Assembly: GCA_030248215.1 (NCBI GenBank)
Contig: JASANG010002067.1
Span: 186,001-250,000, forward strand
Length of the DNA: 64,000 nucleotides
Source: Enoplolaimus lenunculus
Taxonomy: Eukaryota
Reading direction: 5' to 3'
The notes beneath the pieces are model-generated. The model did no database searches and had not been told where the DNA came from. It worked only from the letters and a program-made list of their open reading frames with translations. Of the stretch, positions 1 to 12,259 are shown one piece after another; position 1 is the stretch's first letter; the number at the start of each line of letters is the position of its first letter. Both the position numbers and the translations under genes were made by a program.

Positions 1-154
1 GAAATATACCCGGATTGCACACTTATGCGCTCCTGTTTACACATGCACAGGCAGATATATTTGTCCCATCTGTCTCAACTGTCCAAAATGTCCCATCTGT
101 CCCCTGTCTCATCTGTCCCAACTATCCCGCTGTCCCAATTATATTTTTTGTATG

Positions 155-268
155 TACTCCTGGTACATTGCTGTCCCGGGAAAATGGGACGGGTACTCCT
201 GGTACATTGCTGTCCCGGGAAAATGGGACAAGTGCTCCTGGTACATTTCTGTCCCGGGAAAATGGGAC
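155..268. repeat. 39-bp minisatellite, 3 copies
   Basis: Unit tactcctggtacattgctgtcccgggaaaatgggac repeats three times and explains the repetitive ORFs at 15-373. Confidence 0.85.
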
Positions 269-469
269 CGCCTTTAGGGTAACATTGGCCAATGCAGCCA
301 TAGCGTTGAATGAAAGTAAACAAGTACCCAAATTTCGGCCCATGTATACTTGACTGCCGACCCAAAATCCCACCGACTCAGCTAAAAAATTGATAGCTCT
401 TGTTTACGGTGGGATTTTGGGATTGTGTTATTTCAAAAATTCATTGCATGCAATTCCTTTGGCTTATAT

Positions 470-1075
470 AATCTCAGCTTTAGGTTTTGCATTACGCAAT
501 CCTTTGGCTCAAGATTAGATTTAGGAGTTGGCAACGCTCAATCTTTAGGCTGAGGATGAGGCAAGGTTCCGTCTTAGGCTTAGGTGAGGCTAGGCGTAGG
601 ATCTGGCGTAAAGCTTAGATATACATAAACTTTAGAGATGCCTCGGCCTTAAACTTAGGCATCGACTTAGGCAACGGCTTAAGCTTATGTTTATGCTTGG
701 GTTTAGGTTTAACCTTTACACTTACACTTTAATTTCCAATGAGTTAATTAATCAACCCAGACGGAAAGTTAGTTATTTCTGAGCTAATATCAGCAAACTT
801 TAACTCACTCTGAGTTGAGTATATTCTAACTCTGAGTTGATTTGATTCCGGGAAAGTTGATTAATTAAATCAAAATTAGTTATATCAACTCAGAATTATG
901 AGTTCTGATAGTTCTAACTCAGACTGGGTGATTCAACTCAGTCTGAGTTGAAATCAACTAATTGGAATTTACAGTGTAGGCTTTCTGAGCAGGCTTTGGT
1001 TCAAGCATATCTTAAATGATCCTTGGGCTAAACTATAGGCTTAGGCTTGGGCTAAGGTTTGGGCCTAGGCTTTAG
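470..1075 (+). repeat. Degenerate interstitial TTAGGC (nematode telomere-like) tract interrupted by a MITE
   Basis: Many ttaggc/ttaggt/gcttag variants lie on both sides of the 725-976 insertion. Confidence 0.6.
725..976. mobile_element. MITE with CACT...AGTG termini flanked by TA
   Basis: ta|cactttaatttccaatgagtt ... aactaattggaatttacagtg|ta. Related copies at about 8119-8366, 6410-6600 and 46788. Confidence 0.7.
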
Positions 1076-1136
1076 GGAACATCCAACTTTCGAGTATATT
1101 CCGATCCCAAACCAAAATCTCACCGTCGACCATGTT

Positions 1137-1260
1137 CCGAAATCCCAAAATCCCGCCTTTAACCATATCCCGAAATCCCAAAATCCCGCCTTTAACCATA
1201 TCCCAAAATCTCAAAATCCAAAATCCCAAATTTGACCATATTCCGAAATCTCAACATCCA
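1137..1260. repeat. 33-bp tandem repeat
   Basis: ccgaaatcccaaaatcccgcctttaaccatat occurs twice, followed by degenerate copies. Confidence 0.75.
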
Positions 1261-1317
1261 ACCTTCCAACATACCTCAAATTATTGCAACAAGATAGTGG
1301 GGTTTGGGACGGCAGCG

Positions 1318-2719
1318 AGGTTTGCACGCCGATGATACATGTTTGTTTGTTACTTCATGGAATGAAATGAATACAATTATTGAGTTGTTTAATCAGTATA
1401 AACTCGCCTCAGGTAGGTTAAATACTGCAAAAACAAATATTTTATTGCTGGGTACGTCGGAACGAAAAGTGCCAATTATATATAAAAATTATGTGGTTAA
1501 TCGTTTAAAACTATGGGTTTTGGATTGACAAAGAGGGATTTGATCTTTCAGAAAACTGGACGAAATGTGAGGGGAAAATGCAGGCTATTTCTAGAATGAT
1601 TCCCCCTTATGGTATTTCGTTTTTCGGTAGAATTCATTTTCTTTCTTTGTATTATTTGTGCATGCTCAATAATATGACAAGGCTAATTACTCCACCTGCT
1701 AGTCTTATAGCACAGGCTTATCGAAATGTCACGGCCTTTGTTTGGTTTCTTTCTCAGGCCCGCAAAATCAAAACAGAAATATTATTTTTACCCCCAATGA
1801 GAGGTGGGATTGGTTTTCCAAACGTAAGTATTCGTTGCCTTGTTAATCGTTCAATTTTTTACCTACATGTAATTACGCATAACTAGGCCCAAAGCTGGAG
1901 AAGAAGTTTCGACCATCATTACAAAAATGTTCAATCCTTAACCATTCGCCAGCTTGCACGCTGCAAAACTCCGCAATTTTATAAGGAAATTAGAACTGCG
2001 GTAATAAAATCAGGTTTTCAAAGACATGGCGCGGTTGCGTTAATTTTTGGGAAATTGTTTGATCTGGGGTAAATAATGCCAAAAGAAATATATATTTTAT
2101 GGGTTACAGAAACCTTTTCAAAGGAACTACGACCCAAAACTAACAGTTGGTCCCTGAGTTTGGGCGGTTTCAGAAGAATATATTACGAAGTCTTGGATTT
2201 TTGCGAAAGCTAGTTTTGTAGAAGGTTCTGTTAGAAACTGTCATTTTACATTAAGACGTCAAGGTTTTTTACAAATAATCGATTAGCCCGATTCACTGAG
2301 GAACCAGAGTGTTGCGCCTGGTGCCGAAAGGCAGGTATAGAGATACTTGAAGATAACATTCACGTGCTTATATATTGTTCACGAGCTTACGACTTATATC
2401 ACGACATGTCTCCTTTGCTGAAAACAATTGCAAAAATCAATCACATTTAAGTGATTTAATTCTGGGTAAGCGTCTCCCGCGTAAAAATGATCAAACCCAG
2501 TTCAATTTCATAGTTCAAAATATGCAGTATGCAATCTGGCAATCGCGAATTGAAACACGATCAGGCCGTTTTATACCGGCCATAAATTTTATGAAGAAAA
2601 ATATTTTTAGATGCCTTTGTAGAATACGTTTTACAATGCCGTTAGAGACATTTTTGGTTATCTTCAGTCATATAGTTAAACAAGACATAAACCCGTTAGG
2701 ATTTCGTTGTTTGCTGTAA
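1318..2719 (+). mobile_element. 5'-truncated, decayed non-LTR retrotransposon ORF2 (L1/Tx1-like): RT C-terminus and zinc finger
   Basis: Fragments appear in order: LHADDTCLFV (YADD motif), KLASG-RLNTAKT, SFFGRIHFL, LPPMRGGIGFPN, CAWC...EDNIHVLIYC, YAIWQSR. They are broken by stops and frameshifts. Confidence 0.85.
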
Positions 2720-3085
2720 TTTTTTTCAAGTATGAAACACAAATTTTGAATTGGTTTTGTGATTGTGCACAACAAAAACGTTATTGTGCTTTTCCTATTT
2801 GGTAATTCGTATACCTTGCTTTATTAATGTTTGTGCCAGTTACCAGTAAATTTTCTTCTTCTAAAATACAAGCAAAAAGTTGTTCTGTCCTTTCATCAAC
2901 TCTAACTCGCTCAGCTAATAGCAATTGTTGATCGCTTTTTCACCTCTTTGGTCTCGATTTGTAAACCACCGATATATACTCAAGAAAAGCGAAACTGAGA
3001 CCAACCAAATCGAGACATGCCGAGACCGAGACCGCCCATCCCTGGATAACAGTTTTCCAGAGCAGACGCACCGAAATAGGTTAAC

Positions 3086-3483
3086 TAGGATGCAGCCGGA
3101 ATTCCGGATCCGGAAGGGAAATCCGGTATTTTACTATCCGGTTCCGGTAATAAATCCGGCATTTTCACAGAAATTTTCCGGTATTTTCGGTATTATAAAT
3201 TTTTCTCATTTGAAAGTTTAGAAAAATTGGCGTTTTGTTCTTGCTTATTTTTTTAAAATTGTTTGCAAGTGTGTTTTGCCAAAATTTTTAATTTGTGTCG
3301 TATATACTCCATATTTTATTGTACGTTTTCAGCTACTGCATTTTCATTCAGGATTTTGGCATTCTAAATATATAATATATTTACACCATTAAAAGCTATA
3401 AAATAGCGTTAAAAATGAATTTTTTCGGCAACAAGTATGTTTTGTTTCCGGTTCCGTTATTTTATAATTCCGGTTGCACTCTG
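3086..3483. mobile_element. hAT-type MITE (CAGGGTGCAACCGGA terminus family)
   Basis: Inverted termini aggatgcagccggaa / ttccggttgcactct. The interior closely resembles the copy at 47934-48299. Confidence 0.75.
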
Positions 3484-3487
3484 GTTA

Positions 3488-3697
3488 CACGGCAAAAAAT
3501 GGTGAGTCAATTTCACTCTCTCCGAAATAGGTTCTACGGAACTACACAAACTGAGTCAAATTCGACTCCGCCAGAGTTAAACGTGCGACTCAGTGACTTG
3601 AATTTGACTTTGGTGGAGTCGAATTTGGCTCAATTTGTTGAAGTCCCGTAGAGCCTATTTCGGAGAGAGTCAATTTGACTCACCATTTTTTGCTGTG
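3488..3697. mobile_element. Palindromic MITE flanked by TA
   Basis: Long TIRs cacggcaaaaaatggtgagtcaa...ttgactcaccattttttgctgtg. Further copies at about 4185-4308 (partial) and 12799-12994. Confidence 0.85.
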
Positions 3698-4309
3698 TAA
3701 CATTAATCAACAACAAGTTGTCAAAAATTCTTACTTAAGTTTTCTGTAAAATATCAGTTATGAAAGTTTTCAAATTTTACTGCAGAGTAACTTGCTGAAG
3801 ATTTCACGAAACGAAATGTTCCCGATTTGCATGTGACAAAGTTAGTTCAAAAATGCCATTTGAAACTCGAGAAGTGTTTACAATCGCTTTTGATTTTCGA
3901 CACAATTTTTTTGTCCGAAAGAAGCCAAGGCACTGAAATGTAAAGACAGCGGTTCTTCAGTAAATCCTACAATCAAGAAAAAATCAGTCATGTGTCGTAA
4001 ACTTCATAAGCAATAATCAATCACAAATATAGTATGGTGTTGTTGATTTTACTAAAAAGAAGTGCCGATAGCTCAGCTGGTATATATCAGTCATTTATTT
4101 TATGGTTTTGTTTCTTGGGACGACTTTGTAACGTTCAAAACTAAGAGCATTAATACTATAGTTAAAAGATGTTTTGATACTGTACACTGCAAAAAATGGT
4201 GAGTCAAATTGGCTCTCTGTGAAACAGGCTCTACGGCACGGAACTAACAAACTGAGTCAAATTCGACTCCGCCAGAGTCAAACATGCGACTCAGTGAGTC
4301 GAATTTGAC

Positions 4310-4580
4310 GCCTTCCGCCGCCCTCCGTTACTGATATATCCCGTATTGCAACTATCCGTTGAATTAAACGTTTAATTGTCTTGTATCAAAAGCTTAGCCG
4401 ATGTATAGAACAGGGCCGGAACAGTAGTATACGCATATTCCTAAGCCTAAGCCTAAGCTTAAGCGTAAGAATGAGCATATAACACCTTACCCTAAGCCTA
4501 AGCCTAAGCCTAAGCGTAAGAATGAGCTTATACCTTAGCCTAAGTCTAAGCCTAAACAAAAAATTAGTCTAAAGCTTCAC
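4310..4580. repeat. Dispersed repeat carrying GCCTAA (telomere-like) arrays
   Basis: Arrays of cctaagcctaagcctaagc. The flank ccgccctcc...tatccgttgaatt recurs inverted at about 9785-10140 and 11935-11990. Confidence 0.65.
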
Positions 4581-4779
4581 AGGGCAGAGTTCAAACCGCT
4601 TACTGTAGGGACTTAATAGTAAAGAGCGCTTACTCATATTTTTGCCTTTTCAGAGGGTGGCTCGTGCTACTCGGATAATACGCATAACACACTATTTTAT
4701 CTTTTCGCGCAAGAAGCAACACGCTTTATAAAGTAGTCGATTTACGAAACACTAGACAGTCAACCTGTATTAGTATATA

Positions 4780-5152
4780 CCAGGTACAACCGGAAATCTG
4801 CCTTCGGTTCCGGCAGAAAATCAACCTCCGACTCCCGCTCCGGTAGAATATTTGCCGGAAGTTCCGGCGATTTTGATAGTGAAATTTTGCATAGTTTTAC
4901 AAAATATATTTGTTTGGCGTGTTTCGTTTTATCTTTTGGCACAATTTTGAGAAAGGATTGCTGATTTTTTGTGAGAAATTAACGTAAAATCAAATGATTT
5001 AACAACACGTTACTGATATTTGCTAAAATTAACAAATTAAACATCGTTTTAATTACCTAATTTCTTTTCACCTCCGGCTTCACCTCGTCCTGTTTTGTTC
5101 ATCTCCGGCTGCGACTCCGCCTCTGGTATTTTTTACCTCCGATTGCGCCCTG
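4780..5152. mobile_element. hAT-type MITE
   Basis: Termini caggtacaaccggaaa / tccgattgcgccctg. Homologous to 47544-47843 and 49783-50163. Confidence 0.75.
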
Positions 5153-7332
5153 TTCTGTTATATACACACAAAATAAGTTTAGGTTACACCCGTTTGATCC
5201 TTAAAAATATGTTATAGTTTAAACGAAATTTTTACTACAGTTAAGTTTAAAATTCTAGTATTCCGCCCGGGCATGATTATACTATTGAGTTGAAACATTT
5301 TATGTCACGTCCACTTTTGAAGCAAACTGTTTTTATAAGCATACATACAAAACGTTTTGGCTTATGAATACTTTCCCTCGCATTTAAAGTTATAACTTAA
5401 GCTTAGGCCCAGACGTAACCTCAGATAAAGGTGTATACTTAGGAACATATAGACAAGCCTTTTTCTTTAAGCCTAAAAATCTTAGCATAAATGCGGGAGA
5501 AATTTGTACAAGGGCTACCATTTATTAGACTAACTCTGGCGAGAAAAATAATATCCATTATAGGTGCAGTTAATATTTCTCCTTTTCACTCACGGAAGAC
5601 TAAGTAAACAATAGGAAACCTCGCATTGGTTTTTAAATGTTGTTTTGGCGAAAAAATAGCTGTTACTTTTAGGCAAACAGTGTTGTTGCTTTCTTAATTT
5701 GAATAAATGACATGTATTTTTGATAAAAACGCGTCAAAATTATGTAGTTTGCCAACTGGTCCTATAGGTATATGGCTCGGTTTATGTGTATCAAGAATCA
5801 CCCAGCAAAGTAGTCTGTTTAATATGAAAAAGACTTCCTCTAAGCTCGATCTAAACCTAAAACTCGGTTGACCCCTAAATCTAGCGTAGTTTATATTAAC
5901 AGTACTGCACGCTACCCGCGGGTAAACGCGGGGCGGTTAAGAAAGTTTTCACGCGGGTAATCCCGCTGGCAAAAAGTTTCGAAGCGCAGGGCAAAATTTG
6001 TGATTCTTTATGCGCTTAAAATTTTTATAAAAAACTTTAAACCATATAATGTGTAGAAAAACTCGAATTTTTAAATTTTTTTACCGTATGAGTGAACAAT
6101 AAATAGCGAAATTTCACAATTGTATTGAACACAGAAGAAAAAATAACGAGTAAACGCGGGTTATAGGTAAGCAAATTATGTGCGGATATTCCCGCGGGTA
6201 AAGTGTAGTGCGGGTAAAAATCTTTACCCATTTACACCTCTTTTTTATAAATAGTGACGCAGTTCCATCGGCTAGTCACGTACACAGGGCCGCGTTTAGG
6301 GTATCCGAGGTCGTGCCCGCCAACGATAGGGTGCCCTCTAGTAAGGTCTCATCTAGGACCGCAGTTGTTTATACAAAATTAGGGGCTCGTACATGGACCG
6401 CAGTATATACACCATAAATTACAGCATTCCAGTGAACTGATTTTAATTTAGAACGAGTTGAATGACTTAGTCTGAGTTTAAGTCTTTAGAGCTTAGAATT
6501 CTGAATTGATTGAACTCATTCTGAGTAAATCAACTCACACGGAATTAAATCAGATTATATGCAATTAGAGAATGTTTTTAGTTTTAACTCGGAAATAACC
6601 AGAAATGACTAAAAAAGCGTGAGTAAACTATTAATGTGTGAACTATTCTTTTATTGGCATGTTGGATCGGTTTTGCCGGGCCCATTGGTGACCGGGCCCC
6701 ACTAGTATGATGCAGGGGCGGTAGCAGCGGTACTGTGCGTACGTTGATGTGATATACCAGACGTGACGCCGGACCACATTAAAATACACAAAAATATTAC
6801 AACCTTATCAGTGACATGAGTAGTTATAGCGCACGGCAGGGCTATAACTACTCACCCGGATACCAGCCCTTACGTTCCTGGGAGCGCAGAAACTTGAGGA
6901 ATCTCTTCAATACCAATACACCATGCTAGTTCAAAATCTAGTGTTTGGTATGACTTTAAATTCATGACGCCTTACATACAAGGCGGGACATCGCCATTTC
7001 ACCGGCCGTAGCTCGAAGAGCTGAAACCAAAGTCTATTTCCAAATGTAGAATTAATATATACCTACATTTATGCCAGGGTTCATATAGCTAAGATTTTCA
7101 GAGCTGTGCTACAACCACAGCTCATTTTGAAGTGAACGAGTTCGGTAAAATGCACGCCCCTGTGTGCATTACGTATGGCCTCAATCGTGCCCGTTATACC
7201 GACATTCCGCAGAGAAAAACGATTCAATTTGCAGAAGTAGCAAAATCAAAGATAAAGCCAAAAAGTTTTGTTTAAAATTCAACCCTTTTAGTCTTTCTTG
7301 TGGGTAGTTTATATAAGAAACTAGAAGTTTTA

Positions 7333-7520
7333 TACCTTTCTCATGAATATTTCCAATTTCATATGAGATGTAATTTCAAGGTAAAAATCGATCCCCAGTC
7401 TCTCAGGTGGGAGGCGTTTGCGATTTCCACTCAGCTAAAGGAGCTTGACGCTCGAGCCCAACGGGCTCTCACGTCTCGTAGAGATATTGCATTGCGCATT
7501 TGTGTTTTAATTGTTAAACA
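7333..7520 (-). mobile_element. Partial copy of the piggyBac-type MITE with tRNA-like cassette
   Basis: Reverse-complement similarity to 52430-52620 (ccactcagcta...gagcttgacgctcgagcc...gggctctcacgtct). Confidence 0.6.
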
Positions 7521-7955
7521 ATGCACACAGTGTCTGTGTTGCTCAGATCACTGCCATGCTGGCGGGTAAAATCAAGAACACACCCAACGCACTCGTGTTA
7601 TCACACTCGTTTCCTTTACTCGTCAGCAACACATGGATGCTATTGTGTACACACTTGTCTCACTTTTGTCGTGTTTGCAAGGACAAGCCTGAATATAAAA
7701 TCCAATTCTACAGTGTAAATTACAGTGAGTTTGTTTTACTCACAATGAGTTGAATTCACTCAGAGGTTCTGCTCATAGCGAGTTTAATGTTTACCGTTAA
7801 GAACTCAGAAAGAAATTCAGTTGGTTTTACGGTCACTATATTTGTGTCAAACAATAAAATTTTGACAAGAAAATATTTATTTTAGCATCATCTAGATTGC
7901 GTAGGAAAATTTAAATAAATTCTAATTCCAAATCTTCATATTTAAATTCCTCGAC

Positions 7956-8994
7956 ATGAGATTTTGCTATCTGCTCCTTATGTTTTCGCTAGCGTGGAGT
8001 ACAAGTGCAGGTAAAATTTATTTTGTTGCTATGGTACTGTGTTTACTTTTTGTTTTACTTGTTACTCTAAAATTACGATTAGGATATATACAAATTTCGG
8101 CTAAAACACTGACAGCCGCACTGTGAATTCCAATGATTTGATTAATCAACTCAGAGAGAAAATTATTAATTTCTGGTTATTTCTGAGTTAATATTAATAG
8201 TAAATATTAACTCACTTTGAGTTGATTTAATTCCTAGTTACTTTCTTAATGAATTCAGAATGCGTTCAAACACTTCAGAATTCTGAGTTCTCGAACACCT
8301 AATTCAGAACTCAGGTTTCTATCGGATTCAACTCATTCTGAGTTCAACTCACTGGATTTTACAGCGCGAAAATGTTTGATTTGAAGCAGCGTATTTTCGC
8401 TTTTCTGTTACTCAGCTACACAGTCAGTTTATTTCAGGGTTCTCATCTTTAAAGCGATTCGAAAGCTGATGTTTGAAACGAGCGTTTAAAATAGCGTTTT
8501 ATTTTTCACGCAAGCATATATATATTGTCAGTGCTTATTTTGATGATTTAGCAGAACAGCATTTAAAGCGACGGCTGCGATCAACTCAATTATGGACAGA
8601 TAGTGCTCCGTTGTTCGACCAGAACACTAATTCATGGTACGATCACGGCCCATTGATTTTCGGGAAACGACATTCGCCTGACGATTCTTTAGTGACAGCG
8701 AAAGCAGAGTCAATCAACAATTTTCAGTCAACTATTTCAAATAGACTACGAAGCCGTGTCGCATTTGTGGGGCCAGATAATTTTATGCTGCCATTCTCAA
8801 TTAAATCCACAGCGCCGCTACAGCTAAGCAACTCGGAGGTATTCTATCGACCAACACGCATTTGGCAAATTGCTACCGACCGAAACAGTGAGCAAAATTA
8901 TGATCAACCTGGGTCTTACAAAAGACGAACCATGGGAAGCTGGTACTTGAGAGTTCCACTGTTGAAATTTTTATTGCGACAACAATACACTTAA
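7956..8994 (+). CDS. Secreted neuropeptide-like precursor, about 165 aa, 2 exons (7956-8010, 8552-8994)
   Basis: Exon 1 MRFCYLLLMFSLAWSTSA is signal-peptide-like and ends G|gtaaa (phase 1). The acceptor tttag at 8551 restores the frame. The protein contains KRR, ...NSWYDHGPLIF-GKR and a second KRR. Confidence 0.7.
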
Positions 8995-10347
8995 GTTTCC
9001 GTTAAAAAATCGAAGATTTAGCATGGCAACAAGGGAAGTGTATATTGAGGGGTTATATATACGGACGTACACCTTCTTCCAAAATTTTGAAAACCAGAAA
9101 AAGTCACTTCTACAGGCTTAAATGACCAGCGTAATGCGAAAGTTAAAAAATTCTCAATTGCCACAGTCGGTCGTACACAACGTTTACTTCAAATCATTTG
9201 CCTTTCGGACGTGAAATCCTGTCTACTTACGCCCTTGATTGCAACGAGAATTGGGTAACTGTCAACTGTATTTTAACATATTTATCAGTTTACCAGTAGT
9301 ATTAAAGCTGATTGGAAATATTAAATGTAACTTGATTTCAGCTCAGGAATATAGAGCGTTTCAGATGAATTGCAAGTTGTTTATTGTGCTAGCAAAATAT
9401 CATGGCAGCATAGTTTATGTCTGAAGGATCAAGCTTAAACAAAAAATTTGAAAAATATTTTGATCATTGCAAAGGGTCCACACCGAATTTTTGGGGGCAC
9501 CCTAAACTGTTCTGACATTGCTTTTGCGTTTATTTTTAAAATGGACCGAATTTGAAGTGTGCATGCTTTGACGTGATCGCAACTTCGGAAGCACAATACG
9601 TTTGCCCATTCGAAGGTTCCGTGACCATTAAAGTAACATTGCAACTCAGTCATATCTCCAATTAGTCCATATCATATAGGAAACTGTTCTCACTTTCTAG
9701 AATTCGTTGAGACTGCCTGTAGTTCAGCTATGAAGCCCATGTAAAGAACAATGCGGAAAATTTTTCTGCAAGAGTGCAAAAGAGTAAGCTTAAGCTTTAG
9801 AATATTTTTTGCCGAGGCTTAAGCTTAAGGTTAATAATGAGCTCATTCTTATGCCTAGGTTTTGGCTTAGACTTAGGCTTTAAGAATATACTTATTTCAC
9901 TATTACGATCCTGTTCTATACATTGGCCCACTGCTAATGAATGGTTCGACTAAAAACGCGCTTGCTATGATTCGATATTTTAGCATAGGCTAAAAAGATT
10001 CTTTGGTGTTCATTGGCAAATTTTAAACACTGGTTTAAATATATAGCGATAATGCCATACTTTGTTCAGGTCGAACTTATAATTCAACGGATAGTTACAA
10101 CACCGAATATAAATTAGTATCGACGGCCGGTGGAGGGCGGGTTACAAAATAACAGTCCGTTATAGAATAACAGGGGGTACCCTCTCGAGAGGCCAAATAA
10201 ATATCAGTCCCCCTTTTACTCCGGTGACTACATATGCTTGAACTTTTACTGCCAAGATATGTTCTCGATAAAATCGGCCCGAAAATTTTACCTGACAGCG
10301 TGACAAATTAACTGTTTTAAATGATTATTAGTGTAATCTCCTATCTT

Positions 10348-12259
10348 CTACCCCTGTGTTATCCTTGATAGAATCAGGCGGACGACCGCTCGCTTGTTTG
10401 CCTTCTTTTGAAAATACGATTTCAAAAACTCACACTCAAACGGTACTCCCATTACCATCCCACCGGCTTCAGTGTCACATTTTTCATCATATTGCCGCAA
10501 TGCCCGGTTGGAACCAGAAACCTCCAGTTTGGGTTGGTTGGTAATATCGCCTGTAATAGATGGTTTTCGGCGACGTATATAGTCGTTTTCGGCATCTATG
10601 CCCAGAGAACTTGGACTCGGTAGAAGAAATGCAATGTTGCGTTTCGACCGTTTTAGCATCTCTGTTTGTGCCATTTGAATACACGATGGCTCTGTCGGCA
10701 CGCACTTACTCTGCGCATGTCCTAAAATTGACAATAACACCAATTACAACTCAATGGCAAGGTTTTTGAAATATTACATAAATATACTTAGGTTTTGCTT
10801 AAGTAATTACTTAAGTAGCTGACTTAAGAATATTTAACTTTTCAAGCAAAAGCGAATAAATGTAAGCTTAGAGCCACTGTGACGACTAGGAAGTAGCAAG
10901 CCATAATTTTGCTTTATTTTAAGTAGGCGCAATATACGTACAATCTCAATTAGGCATAAGTTAATATACCTGAACTGATGGTTGCGTAACGTCCGGCGCC
11001 GTCCGTCACCGTCTGTCACCGCCCGTCACCCGTCCGGTGCTGTCCGTCACTGGTCGGGCGCTGTCCGTTACCCGTCCGGCGCCGTCCGCCACCGTCTGTT
11101 TTACGGTGCCATCCGTCAACGTCCGTCACCTCTACGGCGCCATCCGTCACCGTCCGTCACCCGCACGGCGCCATCCGTCACCGTCCGTCACCATACGTTA
11201 CCGCACGTGAGTTATTTGCGCACGATACCACACTTTAACGAACGGCGCCGTGCGGTGTCAACAAAGTATTGCGTACCCGTAATCTGCAACTCATCAAATT
11301 TGGTCAGTGACTCAAGTATTTACTTAACATAATTACAATTTAGAACCGGCATTTAGAAGGTCAATACTTAATAGCGTATTGCTTAAGTACGACTTAAGCA
11401 AGGTTTCCGAAACCCAACCAATTGTATACGAGGTTTAAAGAAATGTAGTGAAGATATTAATGTTTGAATGCGTGACTTCTTTACAAATCAGCTATATAGC
11501 AGATGTCTTACGAGAAAAATTAATGTATTGTGCTAGCGTTTTTGCTCATTTTGTGCTGGCATATCAATCCAGACTGAATTTTATCTCAATCAAATACTCT
11601 GAACGTTTCATTGGTTTAGCAGGAGTGCACCTATATATACCTATACACTTAACACTATAGTTATTTTCAGAGAAAGTTTAGTCAAAGATATAATAGCAAG
11701 TTTTGTTTCACTAGCTGGTAAAATTTCTGTGGGAACGAACTCCGGTAGTGGCCCGAACGAGGGGGTAGCTAATAAGAGGGAGTGCCGTATTTTGAGTCCC
11801 AATCAATAGGAGTCCGTATCCGTAATAAAAGAGACGTAAGCGGAAGAGCTAACAATAAAAAAATATTTATACAAAAAAAAAAAAAAAAAAAAAAAAACAA
11901 TTAAAAAAAAAAAATGTGGTACAAGACAAATAAACATTTAATTCAACGGATACTTGCAATACCAAACATATATCAGACACGAAGGGCGGATTAAAACTGA
12001 ATAACACTTCGGGACTCAGTCCCCACACAAATAATGTTGTCATGACTAGAAAACTATTCAAACTTCACCCGGTTTCAATTTTGAAGCTCAAACTAAATTT
12101 CGATTTATTTGATTAACAAAATTTCGCGCAAGAAAGTTTGTGTAGCATACCGATAGTTGTTACACGTAGCTTTTAGCGTACGGTTATAAATTTGTATTAC
12201 AACTCACCGATAGCATAGTGATTTAAAACCACCAGTGCCAAAACAAATCGTGTGACCAT
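10348..12259 (-). CDS. Secreted prepropeptide, about 141 aa, 2 exons (12259-12208, 10721-10348)
   Basis: Exon 1 MVTRFVLALVVLNHYAI ends G|gtgagt; the acceptor ttttag before 10721 has matching phase 1. The protein has KRSKR, RRRK, KK and KR sites, two Cys pairs and a terminal Gly before the stop. Confidence 0.7.
10985..11192. repeat. GC-rich ccgtca/ccgtcc low-complexity array, intronic, probably the core of a repeat element
   Basis: Repeated ccgtccgtcaccgt units flanked by gcttaagt-rich sequence on both sides. Confidence 0.7.

Noticed and set aside
15..373. Four overlapping ORFs with repeated peptides
   Set aside because: They are translations of the 39-bp minisatellite.
6817..6854. Perfect 14-bp hairpin as a miRNA or terminator
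   Set aside because: Too short for a pre-miRNA and no supporting context; probably part of a repeat.
10982..11332. 116-aa Arg/Pro/Ser-rich ORF
   Set aside because: It comes from the ccgtca low-complexity array inside an intron.
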